A stretch of 64,000 bases of DNA from an uncultured Acidobacteriota bacterium (GTDB lineage Bacteria; Acidobacteriota; Thermoanaerobaculia; Multivoradales; UBA5704): NCBI GenBank assembly GCA_963770895.1, contig CAVYRF010000001.1, forward strand, positions 800,001 to 864,000, given 5' to 3'. Position 1 is the stretch's first letter. Every line of letters starts with the position of its first letter. The position numbers and the translations under genes are program-made. Shown piece by piece: positions 1 to 10,413 of the stretch. The notes under the pieces were generated by a model. That model was not told the DNA's origin and did no database searches. It saw only the letters and a list, made by a program, of their open reading frames with translations.

Positions 1-276
1 TACCAGAGCCAGTACGTCGAGCTGCTGCGCAGCCTGGGCGACCTGTCGGTGCGCCTCGATCACGCCGTCGACGCCCTGGACGCCTTCCGTGCCGTACTGT
101 TCGAAGACCCGCTGCAGGAGCGCACCCACCTGGCGGTGATGCGCCTGTACGCCGGCCAGGGGCGGCGCGACCTGGTGCGCCGCCAGTACGAGCGCCTGTG
201 CACCCTGCTGCTCGACGAGCTGGGGGTCGAGCCGCTCCCCGAAACCGTGCAGGAATACCACCGCCTGATGAGTTAG
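1..276 (+). CDS. BTAD (bacterial transcriptional activator domain, SARP/AfsR-like) protein, C-terminal part (5' truncated by window edge)
   Basis: Frame open from base 1; DPLQERTHLAVMRLYAGQGRR...ELGVEPLPETVQEY is the typical BTAD tail. Confidence 0.85.
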   Translation, partial: YQSQYVELLRSLGDLSVRLDHAVDALDAFRAVLFEDPLQERTHLAVMRLYAGQGRRDLVRRQYERLCTLLLDELGVEPLPETVQEYHRLMS

Positions 277-287
277 CGGCCTGTCAT

Positions 288-329
288 CGAGACAGGCGCC
301 AGCTTGCACCGAGACGGGCGCCAGCTTGC
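288..329. repeat. 20-bp direct repeat x2 (CGAGAC[A/G]GGCGCCAGCTTGC, period 22)
   Basis: Copies at 288-307 and 310-329. Confidence 0.7.
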
Positions 330-358
330 CGCCGGCGACGCTGCGCCGGCGGCAAGCT
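323..358. terminator. GC-rich hairpin between convergent genes
   Basis: AGCTTGCCGCCGGCG (323-337) pairs with CGCCGGCGGCAAGCT (344-358); no U-tract. Confidence 0.55.
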
Positions 359-397
359 CAGCTCCCTCCCCGCCGTCCCCGCGCGTTTACGGCCGGA

Positions 398-961
398 TCA
401 CCGGTGCTGCCAGTGGCCGCCCTGGAAGTGCCAGTGGTGGTCGAAGTTGACCCAATGCCCCGGCGCCCAGTATTGGCCCGGCCGGTTCAGCTCCCAGCGT
501 CCGCCGACCCAGACGTGCGTCCTGCCGTCCCAGCGCCAGTAGCCGGGGATCCAGAAATGGTTGGGCGACGGCGCGACCGGCACCACTTCCACCTGCGCGG
601 CCGGCGGCGGCGTGTCGGTCGTCACGTCGACGTAGCCGGCGGGAGGGGCGATCGGCCCCCAATAGCCGGCATGGAACACCCAATCGCCGTTGACCTGCAC
701 CCACTCGGGCCGCACCCAGACCTGGTGAGCGCGGCCGACCTCCCAGTGGCCGCCGTTCCAGGCCCAGGAGTTGTGCTCCCAGCCCCAATGGCCGCCGATC
801 CAGTAATGCCCCGGCCCCGGCGAGGGCGGAATCCGCTCCACCCGCAGCGCCGGCGGCGCCGCGTGCACGCGGATCTCCATCCGCATGGCGCTGGCCGGAG
901 CCGCCGCCGCAAAACACGTCAAGATCAGGCACAACATCAGCAACGCATGGCGTTTCTTCAC
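398..961 (-). CDS. Secreted YXWGXW/WXXGXW-repeat protein
   Basis: Signal peptide; APPALRVE..P.PGPGHYWIGGHW and repeated W..G.W motifs, in two tandem modules. Confidence 0.85.
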   Translation of the reverse strand: MKKRHALLMLCLILTCFAAAAPASAMRMEIRVHAAPPALRVERIPPSPGPGHYWIGGHWGWEHNSWAWNGGHWEVGRAHQVWVRPEWVQVNGDWVFHAGYWGPIAPPAGYVDVTTDTPPPAAQVEVVPVAPSPNHFWIPGYWRWDGRTHVWVGGRWELNRPGQYWAPGHWVNFDHHWHFQGGHWQHR

Positions 962-1146
962 AGTGGTCTCCTCGATCGATCGGTAAGCCCGGCTTGGTAA
1001 ATCCGACGTGCCAATTCTACCAGCCTCGACCCGGCGATGATCGGCGCCTTGCAGCCCATCCAGAGCTCCCGCGTCCGCGCCGCCTGCCCCTGAACCCAGG
1101 CGGTAGGCGCGCAGTTTGCACTAGTGGTATGGCAGGAGGTGCAGGG

Positions 1147-1362
1147 ATGCCAACTGCCAAAAAGTCCACCTCGTCAAGAAAGAAGTCCAGCACCACCGGT
1201 GAGAAGAAGGTCGAGCGTGCCATGCACGAAAAGAAAGAGGGCACGCTGCGTTCCGGCAAGTCCGGCAAAAAGGTGACCAGCCGCAAGCAGGCGATCGCCA
1301 TCGGGCTGTCCGAAGCGCGCAAGGAAGGGGCCAAGATCCCCAAGAAGAAGGCGAAGAGCTGA
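1147..1362 (+). CDS. DUF6496-type small basic protein
   Basis: KVERAMHEKKEGTLRSGKSGKKVTSRKQAIAIGLSEARKEGAK; AGGAGG upstream. Confidence 0.85.
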   Translation: MPTAKKSTSSRKKSSTTGEKKVERAMHEKKEGTLRSGKSGKKVTSRKQAIAIGLSEARKEGAKIPKKKAKS

Positions 1363-1461
1363 ATCACAAGCAGGTCGGGCACGGCGCCCCGGCACGGATC
1401 TGACCTTTCCGCGCCTGGTCTGTCGACGATGACCGTCCACAACTTTGAGAAGGAGACCGAC

Positions 1462-1971
1462 ATGAAGATGGAATCGCTGACCGATCTCTACCTGGAACAG
1501 CTGCGCGACCTGTACGACGCCGAAAACCAGCTGGTCGAAGCCCTGCCCAAGATGGCCGAAGCGGCCCACAGCCCCGACCTGAAGAAAGGTTTCAACGACC
1601 ACTTGCGCCAGACCCACGAGCACGTCACCCGCCTGGAGCGCATCTTCAAGGCCCTGGACGAAAAGCCCGACGGCACCACCTGCAAGGCGATGAAGGGGCT
1701 GGTCAAGGAGGGCGACGAGATGATCAAGGCCAAGGGCGATCCCGACGTCCTGGACGCCGGCCTGATCGCCTGCGCCCAGCGCGTCGAGCACTACGAGATC
1801 GCCGCCTACGGCACCGTGCGCGCCTACTCCAAGGCGCTCAACCGCGCCGACGCGACGGCGCTCATCGAGAAGACCCTGCAGGAAGAGAAGGAAGCCGACC
1901 ACAAGCTCACCCAGCTGGCCGAAAGCCACATCAATTCGGACGCCAGCCGGGCGATGGCGGCCGTGGTCTGA
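1462..1971 (+). CDS. YciE/YciF ferritin-like protein (DUF892)
   Basis: LRDLYDAENQL...CKAMKGLVKEG...AQRVEHYEIAAYG; AAGGAG RBS. Confidence 0.92.
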   Translation: MKMESLTDLYLEQLRDLYDAENQLVEALPKMAEAAHSPDLKKGFNDHLRQTHEHVTRLERIFKALDEKPDGTTCKAMKGLVKEGDEMIKAKGDPDVLDAGLIACAQRVEHYEIAAYGTVRAYSKALNRADATALIEKTLQEEKEADHKLTQLAESHINSDASRAMAAVV

Positions 1972-2117
1972 TCGACCCGGTCCGCTACCGGCAGTGCGAC
2001 GCCCCGGCCGCGGCCGGGGCGTCGCCGTCTCTGGGCTCGGCGGCGCAGAAGTTGCATGGGTGTCAGGCATTTGCCGCCTAGCTTTGCTTTTGCAGCGACA
2101 CGACCGCCACCAAGGAG

Positions 2118-2660
2118 ATGTTCATGGACAATCAGGCGATGCCCGGCGTTTCCGTGCAGGATCTGGAGCTGCCCCTGGAGCGCGACGTCTTTTTGCGCAC
2201 CCTGATCCGCGAGCTGTCGGGCACTCTGCAGGACATCGTGGGCATGGAAGAGGCCTCCGGCTTCATCAGCGTCGTCGGACAGAAGGTGGGCGACCAGATC
2301 AACGAAGATTACAAGCGGGCCCTGTCCGTGTCCCAGCTCGATCGCGGCCAGGTGGCGCAGGTCCTGGTGGACCTCAAGCGGCGGATCCAGGGGAAGTTCT
2401 ACGTCGTCGAGGAAGACGACCAGAAGATCGTGCTCGGCAATACCGCCTGTCCCTTCGCCGAAAAGGTCCAGGGGCGGCCGGCGCTGTGCATGATGACCTC
2501 CAATGTCTTCGGCGTCATCGCGGCGACCAACCTGGGCTACGCCAAGATCGCCATCGACAGGGCGATCGCCAGGGGCGACGCCGATTGCCGCGTGGTGATC
2601 TACCTCAAGCCGACCGAAGAGGCGCAGAGCGCCCAGGGGCGCGAATATTTCCAGGCCTAG
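2118..2660 (+). CDS. Methanogen output domain 1 (MetOD1, V4R-like) protein
   Basis: [16 protein letters not shown]...[21 protein letters not shown]...[11 protein letters not shown]; AAGGAG RBS. Confidence 0.8.
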   Translation: MFMDNQAMPGVSVQDLELPLERDVFLRTLIRELSGTLQDIVGMEEASGFISVVGQKVGDQINEDYKRALSVSQLDRGQVAQVLVDLKRRIQGKFYVVEEDDQKIVLGNTACPFAEKVQGRPALCMMTSNVFGVIAATNLGYAKIAIDRAIARGDADCRVVIYLKPTEEAQSAQGREYFQA

Positions 2661-2688
2661 CCGCGGCTGAGCGAGCGAGCCTCCCAGC

Positions 2689-4293
2689 ATGCCCGTACCC
2701 TCGTTCTCGCGCTGGTCCGAGCTTTTACCGGAGCCGATGCTGCTGCTGTCGGCGCCGGACGGCCGCATCGTCGCCGCCAACCGCAGCGTCGACAAGCTGG
2801 ACCTGGACGCGGCGGCCCTGCCCGGCCGCCTGCTCGCCGACCTGGTGGTCGAAGACGCGGACCACGTCGCCGCCTACCTGCGCCAATGCGCGCGCAGCCG
2901 GCAGCTGATGCCGGGCTCCCTGACCATCCGGGGAGCGGACGGCGCGGCGACCCCCTGCCGCGGCGAGGGTGCGGTTTTCGAGCCGCGCACCGCCGCGGCC
3001 CCGGCCCTGCTGCTCTTGCGGCTGCTGCGCAAGCAGGACTCGGTCTACCGGTTCCTGGCCTTGAAGGAGCGCATCGAAGCGCTCAACCGCGAAATTACGC
3101 GGCGCCGGCAAGCCGAAGAAGAGGTCAAGCAACAGCGCGAGTTTCTGCACGTCACCGTGCAGCGCCTGGCCGAAGCGGACCAGCGCAAGGACGAGTTCCT
3201 GGCCATGCTGAGCCACGAGCTGCGCAACCCGCTGGCCCCCATTCGCAACGCCCTCACCATCCTCGGCTCGCCTGACGCGCCGGCCGATGCCCAGCGCGAC
3301 GCACGAGCGATGATGTCGCGCCAGATCCGCCACCTGGTGCGCCTGGTGGACGACCTGCTCGACATCTCGCGCATCACCCAGGGCAAGATCCGCCTGCAGA
3401 AAGAGCGCGTCGACCTCGCCGAGCTGGCGGCGCGCACCGCCGACTCGCTGCGGCCCGCCGCGGATGCCAAGGCGGTGGCGCTCGCCCTGCGCCTGCCCGG
3501 CGAACCGGTGTTCCTGGACGCGGACCCCGTGCGCCTGGAGCAGGTGCTCTTCAACCTGCTGCACAACGGCGTAAAATTCACCCCCGCCGGCGGCCAGCTG
3601 TGGCTGGAGGTCGCGGCCGCCGCCGGAGAAGTTTCGCTACGAGTGCGCGACACCGGGGTGGGGATCGCGGCCGACCTCCTGCCGCAAATCTTCGAGCCCT
3701 TCGTGCAGGCCGACCGGTCGATCGACCGCTCGCAAGGCGGCCTGGGCCTGGGCCTCACCCTGGTGCGCAGCCTGAGCGAGCTGCACGGCGGCTCCGTCGC
3801 CGTGACCAGCGAAGGCGAAGGGCGCGGCAGCGAGTTCACCGTGCGCCTGCCCCTGCCCGGCCAGCCCGCCGCCGCCGCCGCGCCGGCGCCCAGCCCGGAC
3901 CCACAACCGGAGCACCCGCGGCGGGTCCTGGTGGTGGACGACAACGAAGATGCCGCGCAGTCGATCGCCATCCTGCTCGGCCTGTGGGGCTACCAGGCGA
4001 CGACCGCCTACGACGGCAATGCCGCGCTGGCGGCAGCGGCAGACTTCGACCCCGACCTGGTGCTGCTCGACCTGGGGCTGCCAGGCCTCGACGGTTGCGA
4101 AGTGGCGCGCCGCCTGCGCGCCGGCGGCTGGCGCGGGCTCCTCGTCGCGCTCACCGGCTACGGTCGGGACGAAGACCGCGCCCGCGCCCGCGAAGCGGGC
4201 TTCGATCGCCATCTCCTCAAGCCCGTCGACCCCGACGCGCTGCGCCGGCTCCTGCCGGACTGGTCGCCGCCCCAACCGCTCACTCGGCGCTGA
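2689..4293 (+). CDS. Hybrid sensor histidine kinase (PAS-like, HisKA, HATPase, REC)
   Basis: FLAMLSHELRNPL H-box, NLLHNGVKF, DTGVG, GGLGLGL, receiver VVDDNED..LLDLGLP..KP. Confidence 0.93.
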   Translation: MPVPSFSRWSELLPEPMLLLSAPDGRIVAANRSVDKLDLDAAALPGRLLADLVVEDADHVAAYLRQCARSRQLMPGSLTIRGADGAATPCRGEGAVFEPRTAAAPALLLLRLLRKQDSVYRFLALKERIEALNREITRRRQAEEEVKQQREFLHVTVQRLAEADQRKDEFLAMLSHELRNPLAPIRNALTILGSPDAPADAQRDARAMMSRQIRHLVRLVDDLLDISRITQGKIRLQKERVDLAELAARTADSLRPAADAKAVALALRLPGEPVFLDADPVRLEQVLFNLLHNGVKFTPAGGQLWLEVAAAAGEVSLRVRDTGVGIAADLLPQIFEPFVQADRSIDRSQGGLGLGLTLVRSLSELHGGSVAVTSEGEGRGSEFTVRLPLPGQPAAAAAPAPSPDPQPEHPRRVLVVDDNEDAAQSIAILLGLWGYQATTAYDGNAALAAAADFDPDLVLLDLGLPGLDGCEVARRLRAGGWRGLLVALTGYGRDEDRARAREAGFDRHLLKPVDPDALRRLLPDWSPPQPLTRR

Positions 4294-5690
4294 GCGCCTG
4301 CTTGGGGTCCATCTGGATCGCCGCCAGCGCCGGCACCAGGTTGGCCGCCAGGGCCAGCGCGGTCACCAGCGCCGCGGTGAGCAGCAGAATCGCCGGGTCG
4401 ACCGGGTCGACGCCGTACAGCAGGCTGGCGGCCAGCCGATTGACCGCGAGGGCGACGGCAATGCCGATGGCGACGCCCAGGCCCGGCGGCCAGCCCGATC
4501 TGCATGGTCGCGAAGTAGTCCGGCGCGACCGCGTTGACGGAGATCTGCGGCGCGCCCTCTCCCGGGTGCGGCGGCACGTAGCGCTCGGGCGCCGCGCCGA
4601 CGCTCGCGAGCTTGACGCTGAACGGCAGCTGCGTCGCCAGGCTGACCGCGCTCACGCCGGGGAGCCCTCGCAGCCGCGTCTCGATCCGCGCGAGCAGCTG
4701 CGGGCCGGTCCGCGCGTCGTAGCCCGCGTAGCCGAGGTTCAAGGAGGCGACCAGCAGGCCGTCGGAGCGGAACCCCAAGTCCGTGGCCTGGGCGTTGCCG
4801 AGGCTGCGAAAGAAGAGTCCGGCGCCGGCCAGCAGCACGAAGGTGGCGGCGATCTGGGCGATGACCAGCATGCCGCGCAGCTGCAGCGGCGACCGCCGCC
4901 CTGCCGCCCCCACGTCCCCGTCGCGCAGCGCCACGCCCAGCCGCGGGCGGACGATCTGCAGCGCCGGCAGCAGTCCGAACAGCACCCCGGTGCCGAGCGC
5001 CAGGCCGAGAGTGAGCAGCAGGACGCGCGCGTCGAATTCGATCGGAAAGGAGATCGGGATCTGCATCGGCAGGCGCAGCGAGCGGAGCACGAAGGAACAG
5101 CCCGGCGGCATTGGCGCAGGCAACCAGCAGCACCAGGCCGACGACGCCCTGCAGCAGCGCCGACAGCGCGACCACGCCGTCGCGCATCCCCGGATAGATC
5201 CTGGCCTCGGACTCGGGCAGCAAGCGCAAGCTGATGCCGGCGTTGGCGCGCGGATAGAGCTGGCGCAGCTGGGTCGCGATCGCATTCATCGCGTCCGCCG
5301 CCTGGTGCAGGCTGACGCCCGGCCGCAGCCGCCCGGTGATCTGCAGCCAGTTGCCGTCGCGCTGCTGCAACGGGTCGGACCCCGCCGTGAAGGCCTTCTG
5401 GAGCGACGGGGTCATGGACAAGGGGACCCAGATCTCCTCCAAAAGGCCGGTGTTGGGGCCGGTGAAGCCGGCCGGCGCGACGCCCACCACCTTGAAGCCG
5501 GTGCCGTTGAGCACCAGCGCTCCGGCGCCGCCACCGGCAAGGGGCGCAGCAGGATCGCGTCGACCAGGCTGAACACGGCGGCGTTGGCGCCGATCGCCAG
5601 GCCCAGGGTGGCGACGATCACTGCCGAGAAACCGGGTCGCCGCGCCAGCGTGCGCACGGCAAGGCGAAGGTCATCGGCCAGGCCGGTCAT
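4280..5690 (-). pseudogene. ADOP/MacB-FtsX-type ABC permease pseudogene with three internal deletions and frameshifts
   Basis: DLRLAVRTLARRPGF..LGLAIGANAAVFS / VLNG..VVGVAP..VLLVACAN / FGLLPALQ..VIAQIA / LLYGVDPVDP..PALAAIQMDP lie in successive out-of-frame segments; 1.4 kb in total. Confidence 0.85.
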
Positions 5691-6546
5691 GTGCTGTCCT
5701 CCCATCGCCAGGGCTCGCCGCGTGCAGCACGTGGCCGCCCTTGTCGGGAAGCTCGTGCGCCCGGCTGGGAAAGTAGAGCGCGGCGATCTGTGGCGGCCCC
5801 AAGTCTGCGATCTCGGTAAAGCCGAGCGCCGTCAACATCTCGCGCAGCTGGTCGCGGTCGAAGTAGCTCACCCACGCTTCGCCCAATGCGGCCACCCGCG
5901 CGGCGCGCTGCTCGTGAGCCGCACGCCATTCGGCCGGCAGCGTTGCCGGCGGATCGCTGTAGTCGAAGACCACGTGCGCACCGTCGGGCAGGCTGCCGAT
6001 GAAGCCCAGCGTCGACCGCACGGCGTCCGCGGTCAGGTAGGGCACCACGCCGAGCCAGGTGAAGAACGTGCGCTGCGCCGGATCGAAGCCGGCCGCCGCC
6101 AGGCCGCCGGCCAGCGTCTCGCGTTCGAAATCGACCGGCGCAAAGGTCAGCGACGCCGGCAGCGCGATCGCCGCCTCTTCCAGCCGCCGGCGTTTCCATT
6201 GCTGCGTCGCAGGATGGTCGACCTCGAAGATCCGCACCCGGCCGCCAAGCTCGCTGCGGTACGCGAACGTGTCCAGGCCGGCGCCCAGCACCACCACCTG
6301 GCGCACGCCGCCGGCGACCGCGGCGGCCAGCGCATCTTCGGCAAAGCGCGTCCTGGCGGCGATGAAAATCCGCATCCTGCCGCCCCCAGGATGCTCTTCC
6401 GCCCAGCGGGCGATGCCCGCCGCGTCCTCGCCCAGGATGCGCAAAGCCAGCGGATCGGCGAAGATCCGCCCCTGCTCCAGCACCTGGTGGGCGGCGCGAT
6501 GAGCCGCCGCGGCCCACGCCGTCCGGCTCGGCGTTCCCAACTGCAT
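5671..6546 (-). CDS. Class I SAM-dependent methyltransferase (LCM-like family)
   Basis: PSRTAWAAAAHRA, FADPLA, QVVVLGAGLDTFAYR, FEVDHPATQ, WLGVVPYLT. Confidence 0.9.
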   Translation of the reverse strand: MQLGTPSRTAWAAAAHRAAHQVLEQGRIFADPLALRILGEDAAGIARWAEEHPGGGRMRIFIAARTRFAEDALAAAVAGGVRQVVVLGAGLDTFAYRSELGGRVRIFEVDHPATQQWKRRRLEEAAIALPASLTFAPVDFERETLAGGLAAAGFDPAQRTFFTWLGVVPYLTADAVRSTLGFIGSLPDGAHVVFDYSDPPATLPAEWRAAHEQRAARVAALGEAWVSYFDRDQLREMLTALGFTEIADLGPPQIAALYFPSRAHELPDKGGHVLHAASPGDGRTAHDRPGR

Positions 6547-6658
6547 GCGCGGAGCATACAACGCGGCACCGCACCGTCCGGCCGCCGGCTGCCGTGCCGC
6601 GCCGGCGCCGTGCCGAGGCTCGCAGCCCGGCGGCCGATGTCGGCTAAGCTTGGGGGCG

Positions 6659-7714
6659 ATGTTCGGCACGCGCTATCCCATCGTGCAGGCGCCGATGGCC
6701 GGGGGCACCGATACTCCCGAGCTGGTGGCGGCGGTGTCCCAGGCGGGCGGCCTGGGGTCGCTCGGCTGTGGGTACCTGAGCCCGGAAGCCATCGCCGCGG
6801 CCATCGGGCGGGTGCGGTCGCTGACCAGCAAGCCCTTCGCGGTCAACCTGTTCGCTCTCGACTACCCGCCGCTCGGCCGCGACCCGGCGCCGATGCTGGC
6901 GCTGCTCGGCGCCTATCACCGGGAGCTGGGGCTGCCGGCGCCGGCGGCGCCGGAGCTGCCCGGACAGACCTTTGCCGACCAGGCGGCGGTGGTGCTCGCG
7001 GCGCGGGTGCCGGTCTTCAGCTTCACCTTCGGGATTCCGCCGCGCGACATGCTGGCTGCCTTTGCGGCGGCCGGCACCGTGACCGTCGGCACCGCGACGA
7101 CGGTGCGCGAAGCGGCCGTGCTGGCCGCCGCCGGCGTCGACGCGGTGTCGGCGCAGGGCGGCGAAGCGGGAGCGCACCGCGGCACCTTCGACGGCGACTT
7201 TGCGGCATCCATGGTGCCGATGGCCGACCTGGTGCGCGACATCGTGCGCACGGTGGCGGTGCCGGTGATCGCGGCGGGTGGCATCATGGACGGCGCCGAC
7301 ATCCGCGCGGCGCTGGGGCTGGGCGCCGCGGCCGTGCAGCTGGGTACCGCCTTCCTGGCCTGCCCGGAATCGGGAGCCGCCGCGGCATACAAGGCCGCGG
7401 TCCTTGGCGCCGGGGCCGCCGGCGCGTCGACCGAAGCCGGCGGGAACGCCGGCCCCACGGCGGTGACGCGCGCCTTTTCGGGGCGGCCGTCGCGCGGCCT
7501 GCGCAACCGCTTCATGACCGAGGTCGAAGCGCACCCCCAGGCCATCCTGCCGTATCCCTGGCAGAACTCGGCGACGCGCCCCCTGCGTGCCGCCGCGGGG
7601 CGCGCCGGCAGGGCGGAATTCCTGTCGCTGTGGGCCGGCCAGGGGGTCGGCCGCGCGCGGGCGCTTGCCGCGGGCGACCTGGTCGCGACCCTGGCCCGCG
7701 AGGCGGGTCTGTAG
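6659..7714 (+). CDS. Nitronate monooxygenase (2-nitropropane dioxygenase-like)
   Basis: PIVQAPMAGG, QGGEAGAHRGTF, AAGGIMDG, TRAFSGRPSRGLRN, SLWAGQ. Confidence 0.92.
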   Translation: MFGTRYPIVQAPMAGGTDTPELVAAVSQAGGLGSLGCGYLSPEAIAAAIGRVRSLTSKPFAVNLFALDYPPLGRDPAPMLALLGAYHRELGLPAPAAPELPGQTFADQAAVVLAARVPVFSFTFGIPPRDMLAAFAAAGTVTVGTATTVREAAVLAAAGVDAVSAQGGEAGAHRGTFDGDFAASMVPMADLVRDIVRTVAVPVIAAGGIMDGADIRAALGLGAAAVQLGTAFLACPESGAAAAYKAAVLGAGAAGASTEAGGNAGPTAVTRAFSGRPSRGLRNRFMTEVEAHPQAILPYPWQNSATRPLRAAAGRAGRAEFLSLWAGQGVGRARALAAGDLVATLAREAGL

Positions 7715-7751
7715 CGCGCGCACGGCCGCGGTCGTCAGACTTGAGAACCTT

Positions 7752-9098
7752 TTGAACGAGCGGGCGGACCCTTCAGATTCACGGCGGGGGCCTCGCCCCG
7801 GCCGTTCGCTGGCGCACGCGTGGCGGGCGCTGCGATCGCGCAACTTCAAGCTGTTCTTTGCCGGCCAGACCATCTCGGTGATCGGCAACTGGATGACGCG
7901 GCTGGCGACAACGTGGCTGGTCTATCACCTGACCCGTTCGGCGCTGCTGCTGGGCATCGTTACCTTTGCGGGACAGATCGTCACCTTCCTGCTGGCGCCG
8001 TTTGCCGGCGTCCTGGTCGAGCGCTTCGATCGCCGCAAGCTCCTGGTGTGGACGCAGGCGGGCGGCGCCGTGCAGTCGCTGGCGCTGGCCGCCCTGACCC
8101 TGGCGCACGTCATCAACCTGCGCGAGATCGTCGCGCTGACGGCATTGCAAGGATTGATCAACGCGTTCGACATGCCCGGCCGGCAGTCGTTCCTGGTGCA
8201 GATGGTCGACGATCGCGACGACCTGAGCAATGCCATCGCCATCAACTCTTCGATGGCCAACGGTGCGCGGCTGATCGGGCCGGCCATCGCCGGCCTGGTC
8301 ATCGGCGCCGTCGGCGAAGGCTGGTGCTTTCTGATCGACGGCCTCAGCTACTTCGCGGTGATCGCATCGCTGCTGTCGATGCGGATCAAACCTTTGCAAA
8401 GCCACATCCATACGGCCGGCATGCTGGCGCAGGTGCGCGAAGGTTGGAACTACGTCCGCGGCTTCCGTCCCATCCGCTCGATCCTGCTGCTCTTTGCGCT
8501 GCTCAGCCTGATGGGACACCCCTATGCGGTGCTGATGCCGATCTTCGCCGGCCAGGTGCTGCACGGCGACGCCTCCACCCTCGGCTGGCTGATGGGGGCC
8601 ACGGGAGCGGGCGCGCTGGTGTCGGCGCTGTCGCTCGCGGTGCGCAGGTCGGTCGTCGCCCTGCCGCGCATGGTGCAGATCGCGGCGACGATGTTCGGCG
8701 CCGCGCTCATGCTCTTCGGCCTGTCGCACGCGCTGTGGCTGTCGCTCCTGCTGATGCCCTTCGTCGGCTTCGGCATGATGCAGAGCGCCTCCGCCAGCAA
8801 TACCATCATCCAGTCCCTGGTCACCGAAGACAAACGCGCGCGCGTGATGAGCTATTACACCATGGCCTTCTTCGGCGCCGCCCCTTTCGGCAGCCTGCTG
8901 GCCGGCGCCCTGGCCCACCGCATCGGCGCCCCCCACACCGTCATCCTGACCGGCGCCGTGTGCGTCGCGGGATCGCTGTGGTTCTCCCTGGAGCTGCCCA
9001 AAATCCACGCCGCCCTGGGGCCGCTCGATCACCAGCAAGGCCCGCTGCCCGCGCTCATCCCGGACCTGGTCTCCGACCAGCCCGAACCGACGATCTGA
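7752..9098 (+). CDS. MFS transporter (MFS_3/DUF894-like)
   Basis: RNFKLFFAGQTISVIGNWM, ERFDRRKLL, DMPGRQSF, about 12 hydrophobic segments; start uncertain. Confidence 0.88.
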   Translation: MNERADPSDSRRGPRPGRSLAHAWRALRSRNFKLFFAGQTISVIGNWMTRLATTWLVYHLTRSALLLGIVTFAGQIVTFLLAPFAGVLVERFDRRKLLVWTQAGGAVQSLALAALTLAHVINLREIVALTALQGLINAFDMPGRQSFLVQMVDDRDDLSNAIAINSSMANGARLIGPAIAGLVIGAVGEGWCFLIDGLSYFAVIASLLSMRIKPLQSHIHTAGMLAQVREGWNYVRGFRPIRSILLLFALLSLMGHPYAVLMPIFAGQVLHGDASTLGWLMGATGAGALVSALSLAVRRSVVALPRMVQIAATMFGAALMLFGLSHALWLSLLLMPFVGFGMMQSASASNTIIQSLVTEDKRARVMSYYTMAFFGAAPFGSLLAGALAHRIGAPHTVILTGAVCVAGSLWFSLELPKIHAALGPLDHQQGPLPALIPDLVSDQPEPTI

Positions 9099-9136
9099 CC
9101 GGCCGCTCGCGGCCTCATTTCCTGGTGCCCCCGCCT

Positions 9137-9222
9137 GTTGCGCCTCCCTGGCGTTCACGCGCGCCACCGTCCGTGCCGGCAGGTACGCGGCGCTCAGCCC
9201 CAGGGCGAGCAGCAGCAGGTAG
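9137..9222 (-). pseudogene. C-terminal remnant of a second ADOP/FtsX permease
   Basis: Reads YLLLLALGLSAAYLPARTVARVNAREA, the typical A.YLPARRA.RVDP tail, with no upstream gene body. Confidence 0.5.
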
Positions 9223-10413
9223 CCGCTGGTATTCAACTTAGTATATTTAGCGCAGTTGGTGATATGGTTTCCCCACAAAGCGCCACGGGTTCTGGTGCAC
9301 GCGGGCGGGAGTGCCTGCGACGTGGTCGTCCACCTGACGGGGTGCCTGGAAGATGGCGATCCCGACTACCTGATCGAGTACGGCTACGCCACCTACGGCT
9401 GCGGCGACAGCACCTGCTGAGTGGCCGATCCGCCCCGGTGCTCTGTGATTTGAGTGGCCGGTTATGCCCTGGTTGGCGTCCCTGGCCGGCTGCGCCCGGC
9501 CTTGTACAGCCGGCCGGGCGCCGGCCACCCAGCAACGCCACGCTACCCGGTCGGGGTCAGGGACAGGTCGCCAGGGCGCTGGTGTCCTGCACCGGTTGCA
9601 GCGGCGTATTCTGGCGCTGAAGGTCGTTGCTTTCCGCAGTCCGCTCCAGCTGGCCGAGCGCCCGTCGCACCCGATCCAGCGCCGCCACCTCGCGCTGGGC
9701 GGCATGCCAGGCCCGGGAAGGGCTTGCCCGCCCAATCTCCTTCGATTCCTTTGCCTCGCGCGCACCACGGCCCCCGTGCGCTTCTCACTCCGGGCCACAA
9801 CGCCAAAGCCATCCACCTGCCCCACCAGGACCGTTGCCCCCTCGACCGCGCACTCGCCAAACCCTGAGCCCGCGGTGCGCGCTCGGGCAACAACCTAGCC
9901 CTTCGAACAGAAACCGCACCGGCTTGCCCTTCCTCACCCACCCAGCTGGCGCACTCCTTTCCGTCACGCCTCGCCCCCCGCCGCCGCAACGCGCTTTCCG
10001 CCCCCACTCCCACCGCCGCCGGCCTGCCGCCCACACGCCTCCTCGCACAACGCAGGCCCCACGCTCCGAAGGAGTGGAAAGAACGCTCGGGCGAGCGCTC
10101 GCCGTACCTGCGAGCGCCCTTCATTGAGGAGCACTCGCCCGCATGCCCACGTCACCAACCGTGGGTTCCTGCGCAACGTCCGGCCGAAGCCACGGTCGTC
10201 GGCTACGGCGCGATCACCGACCGCGAAACGCGCGAACGCCACCGACCTTGGCGAAGCTCCCGGCATCCTTCCGACTTCCTTCTCCGCCATCTCTTGCCCA
10301 TCGGCCTCATCATGCACAAGGCCGACCTCGGGCGGCTCCGCGCTGATGCGAGCTGCAAACAGCGGGACCTCCGGCTCGAAGGCCGCGGACGCGGGTGCAA
10401 TACACTCCAGTGT

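Noticed and set aside
9430-10400. Long ORF-poor region that might hold an IS or ncRNA
   Set aside because: No transposase motif, terminal repeats or recognisable RNA family that I can support
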